A stretch of DNA of 64,000 nt. It comes from Escherichia coli (lineage in GTDB: Bacteria; Pseudomonadota; Gammaproteobacteria; Enterobacterales; Enterobacteriaceae). Location: assembly GCF_003334405.1 (NCBI RefSeq), contig NZ_QOWM01000001.1; one strand, written 5' to 3'. The notes beneath the pieces were generated by a model. It did not search any database, had not been told where the DNA came from, and saw nothing but the letters and a program-made list of their open reading frames with translations. The position numbers and the translations under genes were made by a program. This document shows, piece after piece, positions 39,382-51,305 of the stretch. Each line of letters opens with the position of its first letter. The stretch's first letter is position 1.

Positions 39382-40032
39382 GTGCGGTGCAAAGGTTTTC
39401 TGTTTGATCTTGATGGAACGCTGGTGGATTCCCTGCCTGCGGTAGAACGGGCGTGGAGCAACTGGGCCAGACGTCATGGGTTAGCGCCGGAAGAGGTGCT
39501 GGCTTTCATTCACGGTAAACAGGCGATCACCTCTCTGCGCCATTTTATGGCGGGCAAATCCGAGGCTGATATTGCCGCCGAGTTTACGCGTCTGGAGCAC
39601 ATCGAGGCCACGGAAACCGAAGGTATTACCGCGCTTCCGGGGGCAATCGCCTTACTCAGTCATTTGAATAAAGCAGGTATTCCGTGGGCCATTGTGACTT
39701 CTGGCTCCATGCCGGTAGCGCGAGCGCGCCATAAAATAGCTGGGCTTCCCGCACCAGAGGTGTTTGTAACCGCTGAGCGAGTGAAGCGCGGAAAACCAGA
39801 ACCTGATGCGTATCTGTTAGGCGCGCAGCTGCTGGGGCTTGCGCCGCAGGAGTGTGTGGTGGTGGAAGATGCTCCCGCTGGCGTGCTTTCTGGCCTGGCG
39901 GCGGGTTGTCATGTCATTGCGGTTAACGCTCCGGCAGATACCCCGCGCCTGAATGAGGTCGATTTGGTCCTCCACAGTCTGGAGCAAATTACTGTGACCA
40001 AACAGCCAAATGGCGATGTTATTATTCAGTGA
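39382..40032 (+). CDS. hxpA: HAD-family hexitol/sugar phosphatase (216 aa)
   Basis: HAD motif I FLFDLDGTLVDS close to N-terminus; start at MRCKGF.. (39382). Confidence 0.8.
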   Translation: MRCKGFLFDLDGTLVDSLPAVERAWSNWARRHGLAPEEVLAFIHGKQAITSLRHFMAGKSEADIAAEFTRLEHIEATETEGITALPGAIALLSHLNKAGIPWAIVTSGSMPVARARHKIAGLPAPEVFVTAERVKRGKPEPDAYLLGAQLLGLAPQECVVVEDAPAGVLSGLAAGCHVIAVNAPADTPRLNEVDLVLHSLEQITVTKQPNGDVIIQ

Positions 40033-40050
40033 AACACCTGATCATGATTT

Positions 40051-40076
40051 AGCCCCGTCTCGTCGGGGCTTTTTTA
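40051..40076 (+). terminator. Rho-independent terminator after hxpA
   Basis: Stem AGCCCCG / CGGGGCT followed by TTTTTT. Confidence 0.7.
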
Positions 40077-40118
40077 TGGCAGAATCAAGTCATCCCCCTC
40101 AATTAACAAGGATAAGTT

Positions 40119-41951
40119 GTGAACGGTGAATTGATTTGGGTTCTTTCATTACTGGCCGTTGCCATCGTCTTGTTTGCGACGGGCAGAGTGCGTATGGATG
40201 CGGTCGCTTTGTTTGTTATTGTCGCGTTTGCATTAAGCGGAACGCTGACAGTCCCAGAAGTATTTTCCGGCTTTTCTGATCCTAACGTTGTCCTGATTGC
40301 CGCCTTGTTTATTATTGGCGATGGTTTGGTCCGTACCGGTGTTGCCACCGTAATGGGAACATGGCTGGTCAAAGTTGCGGGCAATAGTGAAATCAAAATG
40401 TTGGTTTTGTTGATGCTGACCGTCGCGGGGCTTGGCGCGTTTATGAGTTCAACCGGCGTTGTCGCTATCTTTATTCCCGTGGTGTTAAGCGTTGCCATGC
40501 GTATGCAAACGTCGCCGTCACGTCTGATGATGCCGTTAAGTTTTGCCGGGCTGATTAGCGGCATGATGACGCTGGTGGCGACGCCGCCGAACCTGGTAGT
40601 CAACAGTGAATTGCTGCGTGAAGGCTATCACGGCTTCAGTTTCTTTAGCGTAACACCTATTGGCCTGGTCGTGCTGGTGCTGGGTATTTTGTATATGTTA
40701 GTGATGCGTTTCATGCTGAAAGGGGATACCCAGACCCCGCAGCGCGAAGGCTGGACGCGTCGAACCTTTCGCGATCTTATCCGTGAATATCGACTGACCG
40801 GGCGTGCGCGACGTCTGGCTATTCGCCCCGGATCGCCAATGATTGGTCAACGGCTGGATGATCTCAAATTACGTGAGCGTTATGGCGCTAACGTCATCGG
40901 TGTTGAACGCTGGCGGCGTTTTCGTCGCGTTATCGTGAACGTTAATGGGGTTTCTGAATTTCGCGCGCGTGACGTTTTGCTTATTGATATGTCTGCGGCT
41001 GATGTCGATCTCCGGCAATTTTGTAGTGAGCAATTGCTGGAGCCGATGGTACTGCGCGGCGAGTATTTTTCTGACCAGGCCCTTGATGTGGGCATGGCAG
41101 AGATTTCATTAATTCCTGAGTCAGAACTGATTGGTAAATCGGTGCGCGAAATTGGTTTTCGTACCCGCTACGGACTGAATGTGGTGGGGCTAAAGCGCAA
41201 TGGCGTGGCGCTGGAAGGTTCGCTGGCGGATGAGCCTCTGCTGCTGGGCGATATCATCCTGGTTGTGGGTAACTGGAAACTGATCGGTATGCTGGCCAAA
41301 CAGGGCCGCGACTTCGTAGCGCTGAACTTACCGGAAGAGGTGAGTGAAGCATCACCCGCGCACAGCCAGGCACCCCATGCCATTTTCTGTCTGGTGCTAA
41401 TGGTGGCGTTAATGCTGACAGATGAAATTCCTAATCCTGTTGCCGCTATCATCGCCTGCCTGCTGATGGGGAAATTCCGCTGTATAGATGCTGAAAGCGC
41501 CTATAAATCCATTCACTGGCCGAGCATTATTTTGATCGTTGGGATGATGCCGTTTGCTGTGGCATTACAGAAAACGGGAGGTGTCGCGCTGGCGGTGAAA
41601 GGGCTGATGGACATTGGCGGTGGTTACGGGCCACATATGATGCTGGGGTGTTTGTTTGTCTTGTCGGCGGTTATTGGGCTATTTATCTCTAATACCGCGA
41701 CGGCGGTGTTGATGGCTCCGATTGCGCTGGCTGCTGCCAAAACGATGGGGGTGTCGCCTTATCCATTCGCGATGGTCGTGGCGATGGCAGCATCCGCCGC
41801 CTTTATGACACCGGTTTCTTCACCTGTTAACACACTGGTTTTAGGTCCGGGAAATTACAGCTTCAGTGACTTTGTGAAGTTGGGGGTACCGTTCACCATT
41901 ATCGTGATGGCGGTTTGTGTGGTGATGATCCCGATGCTGTTTCCGTTTTGA
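40119..41951 (+). CDS. yfbS: DASS/SLC13-type anion transporter with two central RCK_C (TrkA-C) domains (610 aa)
   Basis: GTG start; hydrophobic N- and C-terminal halves flanking two soluble repeats of about 80 aa (..[23 protein letters not shown].. and ..[23 protein letters not shown]..). Confidence 0.8.
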
Positions 41952-41957
41952 CAAGAG

Positions 41958-41996
41958 CCTGATGTCGCATCCGGCGCTTATTGCCTGATGCGACGC
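41958..41996. repeat. REP-like palindrome
   Basis: GCCTGATGTCGCATCCGGCG..TGCCTGATGCGACGC between convergent yfbS and yfbR. Confidence 0.6.
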
Positions 41997-42009
41997 AGAC
42001 TCCGGCTGC

Positions 42010-42609
42010 TTACAGCGGTGAATCCTGGCTAATCTCATCGAGCGAAAGATGGAAGCTGGGAACAAATATTTCCATGAAGTAGTCCATCTCCTGGCTGCGA
42101 CGCGCTTCAAGCGTCGCTTCCAGTCGCGTTTTTGCCAGCAAGAATTCATTATTTCCGGCCGCGAGTTCTTCCAGACATTTCAGATATGCACACAGTGCAT
42201 CTGCCTGTTTCACCAGCGATTTTTCTTCATCGCTATATGCATGCTCGTCAATTAACGGCGCAAAGATATCCCGCAGCTCTTCCGGAACCATATCGACCAG
42301 TTTTTGCTGAGCGATTTTTTCAATAGCCTTGTACTCCTGAGCGATTTGCGAATTGAAGTATTTCACCGGAGTAGGGAGATCGCCGGTGAGCACTTCTGAG
42401 GCATCGTGGTACATCGCCAGTAAAGCGATACGTTCGGCGTTGACATTACCGCCAAATTTTCGATTTTTGATAGCTGCCAGCGCATGGGCGACCATCGCTA
42501 CCTGCAAACTGTGTTCGGACACATTTTCCGTCCGCACGTTGCGCATGAGCGGCCAGCGGTTAATGAGTTTCAGGCGGGAGAGATGGGCAAAAAAATGGCT
42601 CTGTTTCAT
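42010..42609 (-). CDS. yfbR: HD-domain 5'-deoxynucleotidase (199 aa)
   Basis: HD motif region (..[13 protein letters not shown].., ..[12 protein letters not shown]..). Confidence 0.85.
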   Translation of the reverse strand: MKQSHFFAHLSRLKLINRWPLMRNVRTENVSEHSLQVAMVAHALAAIKNRKFGGNVNAERIALLAMYHDASEVLTGDLPTPVKYFNSQIAQEYKAIEKIAQQKLVDMVPEELRDIFAPLIDEHAYSDEEKSLVKQADALCAYLKCLEELAAGNNEFLLAKTRLEATLEARRSQEMDYFMEIFVPSFHLSLDEISQDSPL

Positions 42610-42692
42610 AGTGACCTTACGTATGATGACATCATCAGGTCATTGTGGCGGGATAACGCTGCCGGATGCAATCTCCGGCAGTGAAATTAAGA

Positions 42693-43910
42693 TTACAGCT
42701 GATGATAACCAGAAAGGAAACGCGCGAACTTGCTCAAAGACAGCTCGATATCATCGACACGCGGTAGCGTGACAATGCGGAAGTGATCCGGCCACGGCCA
42801 GTTGAATGCCGTCCCTTGCACCAACAGAACTTTTTCCTGCAACAGGAAATCCAGCACCATTTTCTGATCGTCGTGAATGTTAAAGCGTTTGGCGTCGATT
42901 TTCGGGAACATATACAGCGCACCACGAGGTTTCACGCAGGAAACGCCCGGAATATCGTTGATCAGTTCCCACGCGCGGTTACGCTGCTCATAAAGACGAC
43001 CGCCAGGGGTAATAAATTCACTGATGCTCTGATAACCACCTAGCGCGGTCTGAATGGCGTGTTGCGCAGGAACGTTAGCACACAGGCGCATTGAAGCCAG
43101 CATTTCCAGACCTTCGATGTAGCCTTTGGCGTGTTTTTTCGGCCCGTTCAACACCATCCACCCCTGACGGAAGCCTGCAACGCGGTACGTTTTCGACAGT
43201 CCGTTAAAGGTAATGGTCAGCAGGTCAGGTGCCAGCGGCGCAATTGAGTGATGCTCAGCGTCGTCGTAGAGAATTTTGTCATAAATTTCATCGGCGAAGA
43301 TAATGAGATTATGCTGACGTGCAATCTCCACAATCTCCATTAAAAGCTCTTTGGAATATACCGCGCCGGTTGGGTTATTTGGGTTGATAATAACGATCCC
43401 ACGCGTACGAGGCGTAATTTTAGCGCGAATATCATCGAGGTCCGGGAACCAGTCAGAGGATTCATCGCAAAGATAATGCACCGCTTTACCGCTGGAAAGC
43501 GAAACCGCCGCGGTCCAGAGTGGGTAATCTGGTGCAGGAACCAACATTTCGTCCCCGCTGTTCAGCAATGCCTGCATTGCCTGAACGATAAGCTCCGATA
43601 CACCATTGCCGATGTAAATATCTTCCACGGTAACATCACGCATGCCACGAGCCTGGTAGTGCTGCATGATGGCTTTACGCGCGGAGTAAAGACCTTTGGA
43701 ATCGCAATACCCTTGAGCGGTAGGCAGGTTGCGTATCACGTCAACGAGGATTTCATCTGGCGCGTCAAAACCGAACGGGGCTGGGTTGCCGATGTTCAGT
43801 TTCAGTACCTTGTTACCTTCTTCTTCCAGGCGTTTTGCTTCTTTCAGCACCGGACCACGGATGTCATAACAGACATTCTCTAATTTGCTGGATTTTTCAA
43901 TGGGGGACAT
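42693..43910 (-). CDS. alaA: Glutamate-pyruvate aminotransferase (405 aa)
   Basis: Class I/II PLP aminotransferase with lysine motif ..NGLSKTYRVAGFR..; matches recalled AlaA. Confidence 0.9.
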   Translation of the reverse strand: MSPIEKSSKLENVCYDIRGPVLKEAKRLEEEGNKVLKLNIGNPAPFGFDAPDEILVDVIRNLPTAQGYCDSKGLYSARKAIMQHYQARGMRDVTVEDIYIGNGVSELIVQAMQALLNSGDEMLVPAPDYPLWTAAVSLSSGKAVHYLCDESSDWFPDLDDIRAKITPRTRGIVIINPNNPTGAVYSKELLMEIVEIARQHNLIIFADEIYDKILYDDAEHHSIAPLAPDLLTITFNGLSKTYRVAGFRQGWMVLNGPKKHAKGYIEGLEMLASMRLCANVPAQHAIQTALGGYQSISEFITPGGRLYEQRNRAWELINDIPGVSCVKPRGALYMFPKIDAKRFNIHDDQKMVLDFLLQEKVLLVQGTAFNWPWPDHFRIVTLPRVDDIELSLSKFARFLSGYHQL

Positions 43911-44826
43911 GAATCTTGACCTTTTTTGCTGTTATCGCCACTCCCTGCCGTGGAAGTCAGCTTAGAACAATGTACTCCCCCAGGACGGTGTTTTGAAGGT
44001 CTGCAGAATAAGATTTTGCCAGAGGGGAAGGCTCGATTGTGCTGTTAATAACTTAATAATGACAAAATAATGAGGTGTATATGCTTTACATGCAATGTTA
44101 TATAGTGAATTGTTCTGATTCTTAATTGTAAGTCTGGTTTTTTTATCTGTAAGATAATTGTGTGAAAATGCCTCATTTAAGAATTCACTAATGAAACGCG
44201 ATGATGATATTTCCTCATTACGGAGAGTTTAACTGCGTGATGATTTCCGAGGTGTCGCAATGGGGGCAAGGTGTGAAACTATTGTTAAGCGGAATTAATG
44301 AATGAGGATGATGCTAATTAATTATTATTTAATATTCAAAAAGGTTTTGATGTGCTTATTAATAATAGAAGATTACTTTGCCTAACATAACATAACTTTG
44401 CATCAGATAATTCGCAATGACCCTTATAAATAAAAGGTTTTTGGGGTAAAATGCTCGGATAAATGACGGATCCCTGCTCTTGATGCCGCCTCACCATTGC
44501 TGTTGGTACGTGTTCGCGTATGACCAGCGATGCTGCACGAGAGTGGAACAAGGACTCACATTTACATTTATACAAACACGCGCATGTCATAAATAGAAAA
44601 GAGTGAGTAACTTAATAGATATGCGATCCCTGAAGATATATTCTGTGATCTACTTCAGGCATTATAACGGAACAATGTGAGTCGCTTTTTTAGTGCAACT
44701 CATATGCATTTTTACTTTCGTCCGGGTTCCGGATGAAACTGCCAGGGAGGCACATTACAAATGGAATTGCTTGTTTGTGTGTGCACAGCATTAACCAGCT
44801 CAGTATGAGCCGCCAGTAAGTGATAA

Positions 44827-45768
<942 letters not shown>

Positions 45769-45810
45769 TCGACGGACGATAGATAATTCCTGAGACAATA
45801 GTGTAAAAAA

Positions 45811-45852
45811 CGAGCCGCTGGGGGTGTTTTAAACCCCAGCGGCTTTTTTTTA
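45811..45852 (+). terminator. Rho-independent terminator of lrhA
   Basis: Stem AGCCGCTGGGGG / CCCCAGCGGCT followed by TTTTTTTT. Confidence 0.75.
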
Positions 45853-46398
45853 GTAAAAATCCTTCATCGCATAGTGCAGAACGTACAAAACTGTTCATTT
45901 TTCAACCACCAGAGATTCACGTCCCGAACGCACAAATAATCGCCTGAAAAAAATCACCTGCTACAATGATGTTAAAAAATACGTAAATTTGTTGCTGCGT
46001 TTTTGTTATGGAATGACAAAAGCGTGTCACAGATCAAGAAAATACTCTCTTTTGGGGGGAGGAATCGACACAAATTCCTGTCAAAATAGACCCGTATTTT
46101 TTCCATTGCTTCACAACGGACACGATTCAACAACATCTAATTATCCTGGAGTCGTCAAGGATCTGGGGTGAAAGGGCATTAAATGCTAATGGTGTTGATA
46201 TTATGTAAACTAATGTGAAGAAACTTTTGTTAAAGTTGACAAAAGGTTATAGAAAGGAGTAAAAAACCACATCAATTAGCTGTATAAAAGAATTTCTACA
46301 GTGATTGTAAGGTTTTTTTTATTCCTCCCCATGAATCGATGTGGCGTCCATCTGCCGTGAAGAGCAGTGAATCTGGCGCTACTTTTGATGAGTAAGCA

Positions 46399-46842
46399 AT
46401 GAGTATGTCAACATCCACTGAAGTCATCGCTCATCACTGGGCATTCGCTATCTTTCTTATCGTTGCCATTGGCCTGTGTTGCCTGATGCTGGTAGGCGGT
46501 TGGTTTTTAGGCGGTCGCGCACGCGCGAGGTCGAAAAACGTGCCGTTTGAATCCGGTATCGACTCGGTCGGCTCCGCCCGCTTACGCCTGTCCGCCAAGT
46601 TTTATCTGGTGGCCATGTTCTTCGTTATCTTCGACGTTGAAGCGCTGTATCTGTTCGCATGGTCAACCTCTATCCGCGAAAGCGGCTGGGTAGGCTTTGT
46701 GGAAGCTGCAATTTTTATTTTTGTGTTACTGGCAGGTCTGGTTTATCTGGTGCGTATTGGCGCGCTGGACTGGACGCCCGCGCGTTCACGCCGCGAGCGT
46801 ATGAACCCGGAAACGAACAGTATCGCTAATCGTCAACGCTAA
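46399..46842 (+). CDS. nuoA: NADH:quinone oxidoreductase subunit A (147 aa)
   Basis: Three TM helices; first gene of a 13-gene co-oriented complex I cluster. Confidence 0.9.
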
Positions 46843-46857
46843 CCGCGAGGCATTAAG

Positions 46858-47520
46858 ATGGATTATACGCTCACCCGCATAGATCCCAACGGTGAGAACG
46901 ACCGTTACCCCCTGCAAAAGCAGGAGATCGTAACCGACCCTCTGGAGCAAGAAGTTAACAAAAACGTGTTTATGGGCAAGCTCAATGACATGGTTAACTG
47001 GGGTCGTAAAAACTCAATTTGGCCGTATAACTTCGGTCTTTCCTGCTGTTACGTTGAGATGGTGACTTCGTTTACCGCGGTGCATGACGTGGCGCGTTTT
47101 GGCGCAGAAGTATTGCGTGCTTCGCCGCGTCAGGCTGACCTGATGGTGGTTGCAGGAACCTGCTTTACCAAAATGGCACCGGTTATTCAGCGTCTGTATG
47201 ACCAGATGCTGGAACCAAAATGGGTTATCTCAATGGGTGCCTGTGCCAACTCTGGTGGTATGTACGATATTTATTCCGTTGTGCAGGGCGTCGATAAATT
47301 CATCCCGGTTGATGTGTATATCCCGGGCTGCCCGCCGCGTCCTGAAGCGTACATGCAGGCACTGATGCTGTTGCAGGAATCTATCGGCAAAGAACGTCGT
47401 CCGCTCTCCTGGGTGGTTGGCGATCAGGGCGTTTATCGCGCCAATATGCAATCAGAGCGCGAACGCAAGCGCGGTGAACGCATTGCCGTAACTAACCTGC
47501 GTACACCTGACGAGATTTAA
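46858..47520 (+). CDS. nuoB: NADH:quinone oxidoreductase subunit B (220 aa)
   Basis: N2 Fe-S cluster cysteines (..CCYVEM.., ..GACANSGG.., ..GCPP..). Confidence 0.95.
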
Positions 47521-47613
47521 TTTGCGCCTGTCGGCAAAGGGATTTTTCTTCGCTTATTCCTAAATCTATTTCGCGAAGCTTACTGCGCCGACAGTCACCA
47601 CGGACCATTTGCA

Positions 47614-49416
47614 ATGGTGAACAATATGACCGACTTAACCGCGCAAGAACCCGCCTGGCAGACCCGCGATCATCTTGATGATCCGGTGATTGGCGAACTG
47701 CGCAACCGTTTTGGGCCGGATGCCTTTACTGTTCAGGCGACTCGCACCGGGGTTCCCGTTGTGTGGATCAAGCGTGAACAATTACTGGAAGTTGGCGATT
47801 TCTTAAAGAAACTGCCGAAACCTTACGTCATGCTGTTTGACTTACACGGCATGGACGAACGTCTGCGCACACACCGCGAAGGGTTACCTGCCGCGGATTT
47901 TTCCGTTTTCTACCATCTGATTTCTATCGATCGTAACCGCGACATCATGCTGAAGGTGGCGCTGGCAGAAAACGACCTGCACGTACCGACCTTCACCAAA
48001 CTGTTCCCGAACGCTAACTGGTATGAGCGTGAAACCTGGGATCTGTTTGGCATTACTTTCGACGGTCACCCGAACCTGCGACGCATCATGATGCCGCAAA
48101 CCTGGAAAGGTCACCCGCTGCGTAAAGATTATCCGGCGCGCGCTACCGAATTCTCGCCGTTTGAGCTGACCAAAGCCAAACAGGATCTGGAGATGGAAGC
48201 CCTGACCTTCAAACCGGAAGAGTGGGGGATGAAGCGCGGCACCGAAAACGAGGACTTCATGTTCCTCAACCTCGGTCCGAACCACCCGTCGGCGCACGGG
48301 GCTTTCCGTATCGTTTTGCAACTCGATGGCGAAGAGATTGTCGACTGCGTACCAGACATCGGTTACCACCACCGTGGTGCGGAGAAAATGGGCGAACGCC
48401 AGTCCTGGCACAGCTACATTCCGTATACTGACCGTATCGAATACCTCGGCGGCTGCGTTAACGAAATGCCTTACGTGCTGGCGGTAGAGAAACTGGCCGG
48501 GATCACCGTGCCGGATCGCGTTAACGTCATTCGCGTTATGCTCTCCGAACTGTTCCGCATCAACAGTCACCTGCTGTATATCTCGACCTTTATTCAGGAC
48601 GTCGGCGCAATGACGCCAGTGTTCTTCGCCTTTACCGATCGTCAGAAAATTTACGATCTGGTGGAAGCAATCACTGGTTTCCGTATGCACCCGGCGTGGT
48701 TCCGTATTGGCGGCGTAGCGCACGACCTGCCGCGCGGCTGGGATCGCCTGCTGCGTGAGTTCCTCGACTGGATGCCGAAACGTCTGGCGTCTTACGAGAA
48801 AGCGGCGCTGCAAAACACCATTCTGAAAGGTCGTTCCCAGGGCGTTGCCGCCTATGGCGCGAAAGAGGCGCTGGAGTGGGGCACCACTGGCGCGGGCCTG
48901 CGTGCTACCGGGATCGACTTCGACGTGCGTAAGGCGCGTCCTTATTCTGGCTATGAAAACTTCGACTTTGAAATCCCGGTGGGTGGTGGCGTTTCTGACT
49001 GCTACACCCGCGTAATGCTTAAAGTGGAAGAGCTGCGCCAGAGTCTGCGCATTCTTGAGCAGTGCCTCAACAACATGCCGGAAGGCCCGTTCAAAGCGGA
49101 TCACCCGCTGACCACGCCGCCGCCGAAAGAGCGCACGCTGCAACATATCGAAACCCTGATCACCCACTTCCTGCAAGTGTCGTGGGGTCCGGTGATGCCT
49201 GCCAATGAATCTTTCCAGATGATTGAGGCGACCAAAGGGATCAACAGTTACTACCTGACCAGCGACGGCAGCACCATGAGTTACCGCACCCGTGTTCGTA
49301 CCCCGAGCTTTGCGCATTTGCAGCAAATTCCGGCGGCGATCCGCGGCAGCCTGGTGTCTGACCTGATTGTTTATCTGGGCAGTATCGATTTTGTTATGTC
49401 AGATGTGGACCGCTAA
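47614..49416 (+). CDS. nuoC: NADH:quinone oxidoreductase fused subunit C/D (about 596-600 aa)
   Basis: Single ORF spanning 30 kDa (C) and 49 kDa (D) homology regions, the fusion typical of E. coli. Start is ambiguous between ATG 47614 and ATG 47626. Confidence 0.9.
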
Positions 49417-49418
49417 TT

Positions 49419-49919
49419 ATGCACGAGAATCAACAACCACAAACCGAGGCTTTTGAGCTGAGTGCGGCAGAGCGTGAAGCGATCGAGCACGAGATGCACC
49501 ACTACGAAGACCCGCGTGCGGCGTCCATTGAAGCGCTGAAAATCGTTCAGAAGCAGCGTGGCTGGGTGCCGGATGGTGCGATCCACGCGATCGCCGATGT
49601 GCTGGGTATTCCGGCAAGCGACGTCGAAGGTGTGGCAACGTTCTACAGTCAGATCTTCCGCCAGCCGGTTGGTCGCCATGTGATCCGTTATTGTGACAGC
49701 GTGGTCTGTCATATCAACGGTTATCAGGGTATTCAGGCGGCGCTCGAGAAAAAGCTGAACATCAAACCAGGGCAAACGACATTTGATGGCCGCTTTACGC
49801 TGCTGCCAACTTGCTGCCTGGGGAACTGTGATAAAGGGCCAAACATGATGATCGATGAGGACACTCACGCGCATCTGACCCCGGAAGCGATCCCTGAACT
49901 GCTGGAGCGGTATAAATGA
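49419..49919 (+). CDS. nuoE: NADH:quinone oxidoreductase subunit E (166 aa)
   Basis: 2Fe-2S thioredoxin-like fold with conserved Cys (..CDSVVCH.., ..[10 protein letters not shown]..). Confidence 0.95.
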
Positions 49920-51253
49920 AAAACATTATCCGTACTCCCGAAACGCATCCGCTGACCTGGCGTCTGCGCGATGACAAACAGCCAGTGTGGCTGGACGAAT
50001 ACCGCAGCAAAAACGGTTACGAAGGCGCGCGTAAGGCGCTGACCGGGCTGTCTCCGGACGAAATCGTTAATCAGGTAAAAGACGCTGGTCTGAAAGGGCG
50101 CGGCGGCGCGGGCTTCTCGACTGGCCTGAAATGGAGCCTGATGCCGAAAGACGAATCCATGAACATCCGTTACCTGCTGTGTAATGCCGATGAAATGGAG
50201 CCGGGCACCTATAAAGACCGCCTGTTGATGGAGCAACTGCCGCACCTGCTGGTGGAAGGTATGCTCATCTCCGCGTTTGCGCTGAAAGCTTACCGTGGCT
50301 ACATCTTCCTGCGTGGCGAATATATCGAAGCGGCAGTTAATCTGCGCCGTGCCATTGCCGAAGCCACCGAAGCGGGTCTGCTTGGCAAAAACATTATGGG
50401 AACAGGTTTCGATTTCGAACTGTTCGTCCATACCGGGGCAGGGCGCTACATCTGCGGGGAAGAAACAGCGTTAATCAACTCCCTGGAAGGACGTCGTGCT
50501 AACCCACGCTCGAAGCCACCCTTCCCGGCAACCTCCGGCGCATGGGGTAAACCGACCTGTGTCAACAACGTCGAAACCCTGTGTAACGTTCCGGCGATCC
50601 TCGCTAACGGCGTGGAGTGGTATCAGAACATCTCGAAAAGTAAAGATGCTGGCACCAAGCTGATGGGCTTCTCCGGTCGGGTGAAAAATCCGGGACTGTG
50701 GGAACTGCCGTTCGGCACCACCGCACGCGAGATCCTCGAAGATTACGCCGGTGGTATGCGTGATGGTCTGAAATTTAAAGCCTGGCAGCCAGGCGGCGCG
50801 GGGACTGACTTCCTGACCGAAGCGCACCTTGATCTGCCGATGGAATTCGAAAGTATCGGTAAAGCGGGCAGCCGTCTGGGTACGGCGCTGGCGATGGCGG
50901 TTGACCATGAGATCAACATGGTGTCGCTGGTGCGTAACCTGGAAGAGTTTTTCGCCCGTGAGTCCTGCGGCTGGTGTACGCCGTGCCGCGACGGTCTGCC
51001 GTGGAGCGTGAAAATTCTGCGTGCGCTGGAGCGTGGTGAAGGTCAGCCGGGCGATATCGAAACACTTGAGCAACTGTGTCGATTCTTAGGCCCGGGTAAA
51101 ACTTTCTGTGCCCACGCACCTGGTGCAGTGGAGCCGTTACAGAGCGCCATCAAATATTTCCGCGAAGAATTTGAGGCGGGAATCAAACAGCCGTTCAGCA
51201 ATACCCATTTGATTAATGGGATTCAGCCGAACCTGCTGAAAGAGCGCTGGTAA
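49916..51253 (+). CDS. nuoF: NADH:quinone oxidoreductase subunit F (445 aa)
   Basis: ATGA overlap with nuoE; FMN/NADH-binding region and 4Fe-4S motif (..[12 protein letters not shown]..). Confidence 0.95.
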   Translation: MKNIIRTPETHPLTWRLRDDKQPVWLDEYRSKNGYEGARKALTGLSPDEIVNQVKDAGLKGRGGAGFSTGLKWSLMPKDESMNIRYLLCNADEMEPGTYKDRLLMEQLPHLLVEGMLISAFALKAYRGYIFLRGEYIEAAVNLRRAIAEATEAGLLGKNIMGTGFDFELFVHTGAGRYICGEETALINSLEGRRANPRSKPPFPATSGAWGKPTCVNNVETLCNVPAILANGVEWYQNISKSKDAGTKLMGFSGRVKNPGLWELPFGTTAREILEDYAGGMRDGLKFKAWQPGGAGTDFLTEAHLDLPMEFESIGKAGSRLGTALAMAVDHEINMVSLVRNLEEFFARESCGWCTPCRDGLPWSVKILRALERGEGQPGDIETLEQLCRFLGPGKTFCAHAPGAVEPLQSAIKYFREEFEAGIKQPFSNTHLINGIQPNLLKERW

Positions 51254-51305
51254 CCGAATTTCGATTAACGCTCAGTCTCTGACTGAGAAAACTGGAAGCA
51301 TGCTA

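Noticed and set aside
47884..49326. 480-aa ORF on the minus strand
   Set aside because: Antisense to nuoC (fused C/D); Arg/His-rich composition typical of a spurious reverse-frame ORF.
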